A stretch of DNA of 64,000 nucleotides from the NCBI GenBank assembly GCA_963767005.1, contig CAVYCN010000019.1, forward strand, positions 1-64,000, in the 5' to 3' direction. A program made the translations under genes and the position numbers. This document shows positions 56,402 through 64,000 of the stretch, in pieces. Origin of the DNA: an uncultured Actinomycetes bacterium. Lineage in GTDB: Bacteria > Actinomycetota > Thermoleophilia > UBA2241. Under the pieces are notes generated by a model. The model saw nothing but the letters and a program-made list of their open reading frames with translations, ran no database searches and was not told the origin of the DNA. How positions within the stretch are numbered: the stretch's first letter is position 1; each line of letters opens with the position of its first letter.

Positions 56402-56833
56402 ATGGACGGGCGCGGCCCGTGGGCAGGCGTGGAGCGAGCCGCGCCCGGGCATCAACGCGCCATGGACGTCGCGCCGGACACCGCCCAGAGCTCGACCGCG
56501 AACGCTGCGCCACCCGCGGTCGGCGGCGCCGAGTCCAGCGTCGAGGTGGTCGCCGGACCCGGCGTCGCCGAGTTCGTGACCGCGGGCGGCGGCCGGCTCT
56601 ACGTCTGGGTAGAGGAGCATCGCTGCTGCACCGGCGGTCTTGCGCTGCTCGAAGCCGACGTGTCGCCGCGCCCCGGACGGCCGCCTGCGGGCACGCTGCT
56701 GCCGGTCGAGGGGTTCGAGCTGCGCCTGGACGCAGCGCGACACGGCCTGCCCCGCAAGCTCGTCCTCGAGCTGGGGCGCCGCGGTCGTCGCGTGCGCGCC
56801 TTCTGGAACGGCTGCGCCTTCGTCATCGACTGA
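56402..56833 (+). CDS. Hypothetical CC-motif protein (possible HesB-like fold)
   Basis: AEFVTAGGGRLYVW....RCCTGG; C-terminal AFWNGC. Confidence 0.6.
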   Translation: MDGRGPWAGVERAAPGHQRAMDVAPDTAQSSTANAAPPAVGGAESSVEVVAGPGVAEFVTAGGGRLYVWVEEHRCCTGGLALLEADVSPRPGRPPAGTLLPVEGFELRLDAARHGLPRKLVLELGRRGRRVRAFWNGCAFVID

Positions 56834-56900
56834 CGGACGGCAGCGACACGCGGCCGGGCGAGCGGCACGCTCCGCCCGGCCGCGTGTCGCGACTCTGTAC

Positions 56901-58418
56901 CTACTGAAGCGGCTGCAGTGAGTTCGCCACGCCCAGCAACTCGTCGCGAGTGAGGTCGCCCGAGACCGTCACCAGCGTGCCGTCGTGCCAGGCCCACAGG
57001 TGCGGCGTGTCGAGCAGCGGCATCACGAGGTAGGCGGTGACGCCCTGCCAAGCGCCGCCCGAGAGCGTGACCGTGTCGGGCGTGCCGGTCGCCTCCAGGC
57101 TGTCCGCCGGCGTACCGCCCACGAACGGATCGGTCAGCAGGAGGTCGGCCGGCGCGGGACCGCCCGCGGGCTGCCGGCGGGTGGTGACCATGACATGGAG
57201 CAGGCCCGCGCGATAGCTCAGCTGGGTGACGTCGTGGCTCTCGGGCCAGTAGTCCGGCTTGTAGCCGACCGACGTCCAGAAGGGGAACCGCGAGCTCGGC
57301 GCCACGGCCGCGGCGAAGGCCGAGAAGCCGCTCGGCAGCCGGCTCGGCGCCAGGGGAGGCGTCGCGAACGCGTGAGCGGCGGCGGCGAACGAGACGTGAC
57401 GGAAGCGCTCCCCGACGGTGCTGACCTTCGTCCCCGCCGGTAGCTTCAGCTCGAACACGCCGTCGCCGAGCGGTGCGTCGACCCGGATGTTCGTGAGACG
57501 GTCCTCCTGCACGACCTCGCCGCGCAGCAGGTAGCTCGTGTCGACGACCAGCCAGGTCCTCTGGTCGACCACGATCCGCACGGTATCGAAGAGATGCGCG
57601 CCCATGTCGAGGCCCGCGATGGAGACGGGGGCGATGGCGACCGACAGGCTGAGCGCCGGCCGTCCCTCGAAGGTCGTCTTCGCGACCTGGCCGCGGGCCA
57701 TGACGGCGAGGTTCGCCGGCTGCCTGAAGCCGACGTCGTACCAGATGCCGACCGAGTACGAGGAGACCGACCGGTCCAGGCCGTTTACCGAGGACCCGGC
57801 CTGGAGCGGGTAGCCCGTCATCACGTGGTCGGTCCGCTCAGACGAATCGTAGTTCGCAAGGACGCCCGTGACCTCGTTGCCGGTGTACCAGTCAAAAACG
57901 CCCTCGCCCTCGGGAGTGTCGAAACGCCAGCGCCCATCGGCGTCGACCACGATGGGATCGGCGACGCCGCCCTGCAGTCGACCGATCCGGGCGCGCGCCC
58001 ACCAGTCGGCGGTAGTCCAGCCGGCCTGCCACTCCGCCTTGGGCGGCCCGGTGACCTGGCGGTAGGACTCGACTTCGTCGGCGCGCAGCGTGCGGATCTC
58101 GCTGAGCGCGGCACGCACGTTGGCGACCACCTCGGCGGCCGAGGCGACCGGCGGCTGGCTCAGCTCGGCCACGGTGTGCCTGGTCGCGGCATAGCCGACG
58201 GCCGCCCCGAGCACGACGGCGGCGGCCGCAAGCGTGGCCACCAGGCGCACGCGACGGCGCACCCGCGGCGTCACCGCCGCCGCCGGCCGGTCGAGGCCGG
58301 CCTCATCCCGGTCGCGGCCCGCGTCCGCGCGGATCGCCGCCCAGAGGCGCTCCTCGAACCCGGGGCCGTGATCGGGCGGAGCCCCATCCTGGCGCAAGAT
58401 CTGTGCCAGATCCTTCAT
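56901..58418 (-). CDS. Putative anti-sigma factor with a TM segment and a LolA/RseB-like extracytoplasmic domain
   Basis: Start overlaps the ECF sigma stop; PPDHGPGFEERL, TM; IVVDQRTWLVV, IRVDAPLGDGVFELKLP. Confidence 0.65.
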   Translation of the reverse strand: MKDLAQILRQDGAPPDHGPGFEERLWAAIRADAGRDRDEAGLDRPAAAVTPRVRRRVRLVATLAAAAVVLGAAVGYAATRHTVAELSQPPVASAAEVVANVRAALSEIRTLRADEVESYRQVTGPPKAEWQAGWTTADWWARARIGRLQGGVADPIVVDADGRWRFDTPEGEGVFDWYTGNEVTGVLANYDSSERTDHVMTGYPLQAGSSVNGLDRSVSSYSVGIWYDVGFRQPANLAVMARGQVAKTTFEGRPALSLSVAIAPVSIAGLDMGAHLFDTVRIVVDQRTWLVVDTSYLLRGEVVQEDRLTNIRVDAPLGDGVFELKLPAGTKVSTVGERFRHVSFAAAAHAFATPPLAPSRLPSGFSAFAAAVAPSSRFPFWTSVGYKPDYWPESHDVTQLSYRAGLLHVMVTTRRQPAGGPAPADLLLTDPFVGGTPADSLEATGTPDTVTLSGGAWQGVTAYLVMPLLDTPHLWAWHDGTLVTVSGDLTRDELLGVANSLQPLQ

Positions 58419-59002
58419 CGCGGCACTCCTCCTTGATCTTCGAGCGAGAGCTCCCGCACGAGCTGCTTTCGCGCCAGGGCGACCCTGCTTGCCACGGTCC
58501 CCGGCGGGACGCCGAGGATGCGGGCCGCTTCGGCATAGGTGTAGCCGTCACGCAGCACCAGCAGGACGGCCGCGCAGCGCTCCGGCGGCAGCGCCACGAG
58601 CGCGCGATGGAGCTGATCGCGGAGCGCCGCGTCGTCGTCGAGCGCGGCGTGCGCCGCGGGCATGGCTTCCAGGTCGCGTAGCGCGGTGAGCGGCGCACGT
58701 TGGCGTTGCCGCAGCGTGTCGAGGCACGTCGTCAACACGATGCGATACAGCCAGGTCGCAAGCGACGACTCTCCGCGGAACGAGCCGAGGCGGCGGTGGG
58801 CCTTGACGTAGGCGTCCTGGAGCGCGTCGTCCATGGCGTCGCGGCTGCCGAGCAGGTGGTAGGCGAGGGCGCGCAGACGCTCGTCGGCGTGCGCGATCAT
58901 GGCGGCGAACTCCGCCTCGGTCACCTCGTGTCCAGGGACCCACGTCCTCGCCCCTGCGGCATGTCGCTCCAGCACGACCCCTCCGTATCGCGGTGCGCCC
59001 AC
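58415..59002 (-). CDS. ECF RNA polymerase sigma factor (start uncertain)
   Basis: DDALQDAYVKA, FRGESSLATWLYRI, GYTYAEAARILGVPPGTVASRV. Confidence 0.92.
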   Translation of the reverse strand: MGAPRYGGVVLERHAAGARTWVPGHEVTEAEFAAMIAHADERLRALAYHLLGSRDAMDDALQDAYVKAHRRLGSFRGESSLATWLYRIVLTTCLDTLRQRQRAPLTALRDLEAMPAAHAALDDDAALRDQLHRALVALPPERCAAVLLVLRDGYTYAEAARILGVPPGTVASRVALARKQLVRELSLEDQGGVPR

Positions 59003-59110
59003 AGCTCGACCTCGCGTCGCAGGCTACGTCGCGCGGACCGCCTGCGGTAGCGATTGATCGTCCTTGCTGGATTGGACGTACGCGACCGCGCCGGATTTCA
59101 GGGGCTCACC

Positions 59111-60451
59111 TCAGTCGCTCTCACCGGGCAGCTGCGCCGCGAGGCCGTGCCCGCCGCCGAGGCGCCGCAGGTCGGCGCAGCTCCGCACGCCACTCACGCC
59201 CGCACTCGACACGCAGGCCCATTCGCGACGCAGGACCGGCACGGCCACGGCCACGCCGGCCAGCGCCACCGCGCCGACCAGCGCGAAGATGGCGCCGCCG
59301 ATCAGCCCGTACAGCGGCGGCGCCGTGAGCGTGCCGACCAGGGCGGCGAGCTGCATGGCGGTCTGTTCGACGCCCTGGACCGCCCCGAGCCGGCCCGGCG
59401 CCGCGACCTGGACCAGGAAGCCCTGCTTGGCCGGGAAGCCGACGGCGAAGGCCGCGCCGCCGACCAGCATGACGCCGAGGTAGACGCGCAGGTCGTGGGT
59501 GAGCGAGAACGGCACCCAGCTCGCGCCGACGACGGCGAAGCCCCACACCATGAGCGCGTAGCGGTTGGTGCGGTCGGCCAGATGGCCGCCGGCAAAGGAG
59601 AACGCCATGGGCAGGCTGAAGGCGATCCAGGTGAGGCCGATCACCTGCATCGGCGCGCCGATGCGCCGCAGCCAGAGGCTCCACACCACTTCCCAGGCGC
59701 CCGTCGCGAACTCGGCGGTCGCCACGACCACGATGATCGCGACCACCGGCCGCGTGAGGAGCGCGCGCAGAGGTGGGCCGGCCTCGCGCGAGGCGGGCTC
59801 CGCGAGACTGGGCCCGGACGCCCGGCGCGGCTCGCGCAGGAAGACGGCGAGCACCACGGCGACCACGGCGGTGAGCGCCGCCCCGAAGATGAAGATCGCG
59901 TCGAAGGCCCATCTGCCCTGGCCACCGCCCAGGGCGTAGAGCGGCCAGGCGAGCGCCGGCCCGACGATGAGCCCGCCGAACTGGGCCGACGTGAGCCAGC
60001 CATAAGCGCGGCCGCGATTCCCGTCGACCGTGATGTCGGCGATGAACGCCTGCGCCGCCGGCACGACGGCGGCCGTCCCGGTGCCCTCGACCAGGCGGAA
60101 GACGATGAACCAGAACGGGTCGGTGGTCGTCAGGAACAGTGCGGTGGCGGCAGCGTACAGGACGGTGCCGGCGATGATCATGGTCCGCCGCCCGACGCGG
60201 TCGCTCAGATGCCCGAACCAGCCCGACAGCGCGAAGACAGAGGCGAAGTAGGCGGCGGCGATCAGGGCGATCAGCGTGAGCGACGCGTGCGCCTGCTCGC
60301 GCAGGAAGATCGGCAGGTAGGGCATGATCGCGCCCGAGCCGAGCCAGACGGTGAAGTCGGTGACGGCGATCAGGGCGAGCTGCGAGCGACCCCGGCCAAA
60401 GCCGGGGGCACCGGTACCGCGCGTCTGTGTCCGCCGTGCGTGCGTCGCCAT
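59111..60451 (-). CDS. MFS transporter (DHA1/TetA-like)
   Basis: GHLSDRVGRR motif A, FRLVEG, GLIVGPAL; about 12 TM. Confidence 0.9.
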   Translation of the reverse strand: MATHARRTQTRGTGAPGFGRGRSQLALIAVTDFTVWLGSGAIMPYLPIFLREQAHASLTLIALIAAAYFASVFALSGWFGHLSDRVGRRTMIIAGTVLYAAATALFLTTTDPFWFIVFRLVEGTGTAAVVPAAQAFIADITVDGNRGRAYGWLTSAQFGGLIVGPALAWPLYALGGGQGRWAFDAIFIFGAALTAVVAVVLAVFLREPRRASGPSLAEPASREAGPPLRALLTRPVVAIIVVVATAEFATGAWEVVWSLWLRRIGAPMQVIGLTWIAFSLPMAFSFAGGHLADRTNRYALMVWGFAVVGASWVPFSLTHDLRVYLGVMLVGGAAFAVGFPAKQGFLVQVAAPGRLGAVQGVEQTAMQLAALVGTLTAPPLYGLIGGAIFALVGAVALAGVAVAVPVLRREWACVSSAGVSGVRSCADLRRLGGGHGLAAQLPGESD

Positions 60452-60606
60452 CGGAGTCGTTCGATCGTCGACGCCGGGGGCGGCGTGACTTCGTCCGAAT
60501 CGCCGGCAAGGGACACGCCACCGCCCGGTCCGGGGGGGCCGTCGCGCTGCCGGCATCCCAGTCTCTTCCCCGCCGCCGGACGGGTGAATCCCGGCGCCGG
60601 GAAGCT

Positions 60607-61452
60607 CTAGCGGACGGCGCCGGCCTCGCGCAGCAGCGTGACGAACGACGGCAGGAGCTCGGGGGCGGCGCCGACCACAGCCGGCCCCTTGCCGTGAGCG
60701 GCGGGCAGCTCCAGCACCTCGGCGCCGGCCTCCTGCGCGATGAGGCGGCCGGCCGCGTAGTCCCAGGGCGAGAGGTCGAGCTCGAAGTACGCGTCGAGCT
60801 GGGCAGCCGCGAGCCGGCAGAGGTCGAGCGCGGCGGCCCCACCGCGGCGGATGTCGGCGATCTTGTCGAGCAGGTGCGCCATGACCGCGCCCTGTCGCGC
60901 GCGCTGCCGGGCGTCGTACGAGAAGCCGGTGCCCACGAGGGCGCGCCCCAGGTCGGTCTGGTGTCGCACGGCCAGACGCCGGTCGTCCCGCCAGGCGCCG
61001 CCGCCGCGCACCGCCCAGAACACGCTGCCGGTGGGCGTCTCGCTCACCGCGGCCACGGCCACCTCGCCGTCGACCTCGGCGGCCACCGACGAGCAGTACG
61101 CCGGGTAGCCGTAGACGTAGTTCATGGTGCCGTCGAGCGGGTCGACGATCCAGCGCACGCCGGAGTCGCCGGTGTGCGCGCTGCCCTCTTCGGCGAGCAG
61201 GCCGTCGTGCGGCCGGGCCGCGGCGAGGCGCTCGGCGATGGTCGCCTCGGCCAGACGATCGACGTCGCTCACGTAGTCGTTCGGCGCCGACTTGACGGAG
61301 ATCTCGAGGGCGCGTTCGCGGCCCTGCCGATGCACGACGCTGGCCGCCATGGCGAGCTCGACGGCCAGGCCGCGAAGCTCCCCGAGGTGATCGCTGTGGC
61401 CCGCGGCGGTCGTGGCGGGCGCCCTAGAGCTGGTTGTAGAAGCCGCTGCCAC
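60607..61452 (-). CDS. Inositol monophosphatase family protein (SuhB-like; start uncertain)
   Basis: AEE, WIVDPLDGTMNY, GAAALDLC, WDYAAG. Confidence 0.9.
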   Translation of the reverse strand: MAAASTTSSRAPATTAAGHSDHLGELRGLAVELAMAASVVHRQGRERALEISVKSAPNDYVSDVDRLAEATIAERLAAARPHDGLLAEEGSAHTGDSGVRWIVDPLDGTMNYVYGYPAYCSSVAAEVDGEVAVAAVSETPTGSVFWAVRGGGAWRDDRRLAVRHQTDLGRALVGTGFSYDARQRARQGAVMAHLLDKIADIRRGGAAALDLCRLAAAQLDAYFELDLSPWDYAAGRLIAQEAGAEVLELPAAHGKGPAVVGAAPELLPSFVTLLREAGAVR

Positions 61453-61852
61453 CCAGGCCGCTGCGGCCGCCGCCCGAAAGGTCGACGTGGCTCGGAGCGA
61501 GCAGGATGAGGTGTTCGGCGAGCGGCCGCAGCGCGCCGCCGCGCGCGTAGGCGAGGCCGCTGCAGAAGTCGGTGACGCGCCGCGCCAGGTCGGGGGCGCA
61601 GCCCTGCAGGTCGACGACCACCGGCGCCTCGCGACGGAAGACGTCGGCCACCTGACGCACGTCCTCGAAGTCGGCGACGCTCACGACGCCGATCTCGTGG
61701 TGGCGTGCCTCGACCAGGCGCAGATCCGGGCGCTCGTCGTATGCCTCGTACTCCACGTCGTCCTCTTCCCACGCCGGCTCGCCGGCCGGCTCGCCGCCGA
61801 GGGCCGCGGCCAGCCGGCCGCGCGCCCGGCGAAAGGTCTCGCCCGCGTTCAT
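61424..61852 (-). CDS. sepF: Cell division protein SepF-like
   Basis: FEDVRQVADVF..PVVVDL..ARRVTDFCSGLAYARGG..ILLAP. Confidence 0.8.
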   Translation of the reverse strand: MNAGETFRRARGRLAAALGGEPAGEPAWEEDDVEYEAYDERPDLRLVEARHHEIGVVSVADFEDVRQVADVFRREAPVVVDLQGCAPDLARRVTDFCSGLAYARGGALRPLAEHLILLAPSHVDLSGGGRSGLGGSGFYNQL

Positions 61853-61976
61853 CGTGTCGCGTCTCCCGGTGCCGAGCTTGCCGTACCGCCCCGTCGGCCG
61901 AAGGCCGGTCGCGGCGCGGGTCGCGCCCGGAGCGGCCGGCGTGCGCCGGCCGCGCCCGGCTCGGACACATGAGCCG

Positions 61977-63425
61977 TCACCCGGGACCGGCTTCTGCTTC
62001 GCCGGCCGGCGGCCGGTTCCTCTCGACCGCGGCCGCCTGGGCAGGACGCGCGGGCGCCGCGGCGCCCGCGCCGTCCGCCGCCGCGGCGTGGCCGGCAGCG
62101 CGGCCGCGCTCGTCAGACGCGGCCGGCCTCGAGCGCAGCAGCGGGTACGCCACGGCGCCGGCTACGGCCATGGCGACGATCACGCCGAAGGCCACGTGCA
62201 CGCCGAGCCCAGCCAGCATGATGCCGCCGAAGATCGGCCCGAGCGAGCCCTGCCCCGCCGTCCAGACGAAGGTCCAGGCGCCCATGTAGCGGCCGCGCAT
62301 CTCGACCGGGGCCATGCGCGCCACGATCGCCGACGTGACGGGCCCGAAGAGCGCCTGGGCGAGCGACAGCGCCGCGATCGTGAGCAGCAGCGGCCAGCTC
62401 GCCGTCACGAACGCGGTCAGGCCCACGCCACAGAACAGCAGGCTGGCGAGCGCCACCTGGTACATCGGGTCGAGACGCCTGACCAGGCGCACGCTCGGAT
62501 ACTGCGTGGCGACGATGACGAGCGCGCTGAACGACATGAGCAGTCCCCAGTCGGCGTCGCGCACGTGGAGCGCGCCGGTGATCACCACCGGGAAGGTCGT
62601 GTACATCTGCCCGAAGCAGAACAGCGGCAGCAGCGAGACGGCGCAGAAGGCGCAGAAGCGGCGGTCGGCGAGGACCCCGCGCGGCACGCGTGGGCGCGTC
62701 CTGCGGCGTCGGTGTGAGCGACGCCGCGCCGGGATCAGGATGACGTCGCGCACGCCGAAGACCGGCGCCCCCTCGCTGACCGACCTCGAGCGCACCGGGC
62801 GCGCCTCACGTGGCCGGGTCTCGCGCAGGGCGAGGAGCGTGAAGCCGAGGAAGACAAAACAGCCGAGGCCGGCGAGCACGAACAGCGGCGGCTTGCCGAG
62901 GCCGGCGGTCAGCAGGGCCCAGGCGATGGCCGGGCCGACGATCTCGCCGGCGCCGATCATGAGACGGACGAGGCTGTAGCCTTCAGTGCGCAGCCGCGGC
63001 CGCACGAGGTCGGCGACCATCGCGTTGCTCGAGGTCAGAAACAGCGGCCAGCCGAGGGCGCGGTCGCAGAACACGACGAGGAAGACCGGCACGAGGCCGT
63101 GGACGAAGGCGAGGCCGCCGTACATGCAGCCCGAGCAAGCGGCGCAGACGATCATGACGACGCGCCGCCCGAAGCGATCGCTCAGCATGCCGGCCAGCGG
63201 CTGGAGCGGCAAGCCGGCGGCGGCCGCACCGCCCATGATGAGACCGACGACGGCCATCGACACGTCGAGCCGCTGCCTGATGAGGATCGCCGTGTAGGGG
63301 AACGCGAGCGAGATCGCCGTAAGGTAGAAGAACGTGCCGCCCACCAGCAGCCAGAACTGGCGTGGGAACAGCCGCAGCTGGCGTGCCAGCCGCGCCGTCC
63401 GCTGACTCTGTGTGACTCTCCGCAC
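61977..63425 (-). CDS. MFS transporter
   Basis: GMLSDRFGRR, AMVADLV, MRGRYMG; about 12 TM. Confidence 0.9.
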   Translation of the reverse strand: MRRVTQSQRTARLARQLRLFPRQFWLLVGGTFFYLTAISLAFPYTAILIRQRLDVSMAVVGLIMGGAAAAGLPLQPLAGMLSDRFGRRVVMIVCAACSGCMYGGLAFVHGLVPVFLVVFCDRALGWPLFLTSSNAMVADLVRPRLRTEGYSLVRLMIGAGEIVGPAIAWALLTAGLGKPPLFVLAGLGCFVFLGFTLLALRETRPREARPVRSRSVSEGAPVFGVRDVILIPARRRSHRRRRTRPRVPRGVLADRRFCAFCAVSLLPLFCFGQMYTTFPVVITGALHVRDADWGLLMSFSALVIVATQYPSVRLVRRLDPMYQVALASLLFCGVGLTAFVTASWPLLLTIAALSLAQALFGPVTSAIVARMAPVEMRGRYMGAWTFVWTAGQGSLGPIFGGIMLAGLGVHVAFGVIVAMAVAGAVAYPLLRSRPAASDERGRAAGHAAAADGAGAAAPARPAQAAAVERNRPPAGEAEAGPG

Positions 63426-63489
63426 GACGACCCGCCGTCAAGGCTATCCGACCGCGCACCGCAGCGCGACCCGCGCAGCGGCGCCGCGT

Positions 63490-63539
63490 GCCGGCGGGCG
63501 CGGCCGCCGGGTCGCGACCCGGCGGCCGCGCCCGCCGGC
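63490..63539. repeat. Perfect 50-bp palindrome between divergent genes
   Basis: GCCGGCGGGCGCGGCCGCCGGGTCG|CGACCCGGCGGCCGCGCCCGCCGGC. Confidence 0.85.
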
Positions 63540-63604
63540 GGCAGACGTCGTGAGACGTGGCAGTTGTGGTCAAGAACGTGGCTCCTTCGACCGATACCGT
63601 CGGC

Positions 63605-64000
63605 ATGAGCCAGCGAACAGGCAGCGGCGAGTGGTTGCGGGTGCAGCAGGCGGCGGACCTGCTCGGCGTCAGCCCGACCACGGTGCGGCGCTGGGCCGAC
63701 TCCGGCACGATCGGCTCACGGCGCACCCCGAGCGGCCAGCGCCGCTTCTCGCGGCAGGACCTCGAACGTCAGCTCGCGGCGGGCGACGGGCCGGCGCCCG
63801 GTCCGACCGGTGATCCTCTGGAGCAGCGTTTCCGGCTCCTTCTCGACACGAGCCTCGAGCTGTCGTCGACCATCGAGCTCGACGAGGTGCTGCAGTCGGC
63901 CGCGCGCCGCCTCACGACGACCCTCGCCATCCCCGACTGCGACATCTACCGGCTCGAGGAGGGCGATCGCCTGGTCTGCCTGGCCTCGGCGTTCAACGGC
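63605..64000 (+). CDS. Excisionase/BldC-like HTH + GAF domain protein (3' partial; not in the ORF track)
   Basis: Manual translation MSQRTGSGEWLRVQQAADLLGVSPTTVRRWADSG..RTPSGQRRF...LELSSTIELDEVLQSAARRL..CDIY. Confidence 0.85.
   Translation, partial: MSQRTGSGEWLRVQQAADLLGVSPTTVRRWADSGTIGSRRTPSGQRRFSRQDLERQLAAGDGPAPGPTGDPLEQRFRLLLDTSLELSSTIELDEVLQSAARRLTTTLAIPDCDIYRLEEGDRLVCLASAFNG

Overview
Very GC-rich bacterial DNA. The gene repertoire (LCP, L,D-transpeptidase, SepF, Ku, PepD-like HtrA, leaderless starts) points to Actinomycetota, possibly a Thermoleophilia-like lineage; this is an inference. About 55 CDS make up a cell-envelope, transport and signalling region. I found no rRNA, tRNA, CRISPR array, integrase or transposase. 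Five single-base deletions in the first ~5.1 kb look like long-read assembly errors. Items most worth follow-up: (1) a translationally coupled pair of a papain-like protease and an unknown protein with a hydrophobic Gly/Ala segment and coiled coil (8588-10941); (2) secreted proteins with acidic passenger domains and shared basic C-terminal Ig-like modules; (3) two BldC/excisionase-type HTH-GAF regulators that share a 12-bp upstream motif and whose GAF is related to that of a diguanylate cyclase; (4) a dispersed double-hairpin REP-like element with compensatory base changes; (5) MprA-type 11-bp-spaced boxes upstream of both an htrA-like gene and a two-adaptor MacAB-like exporter. All family calls come from motif recognition by eye, not from database searches.
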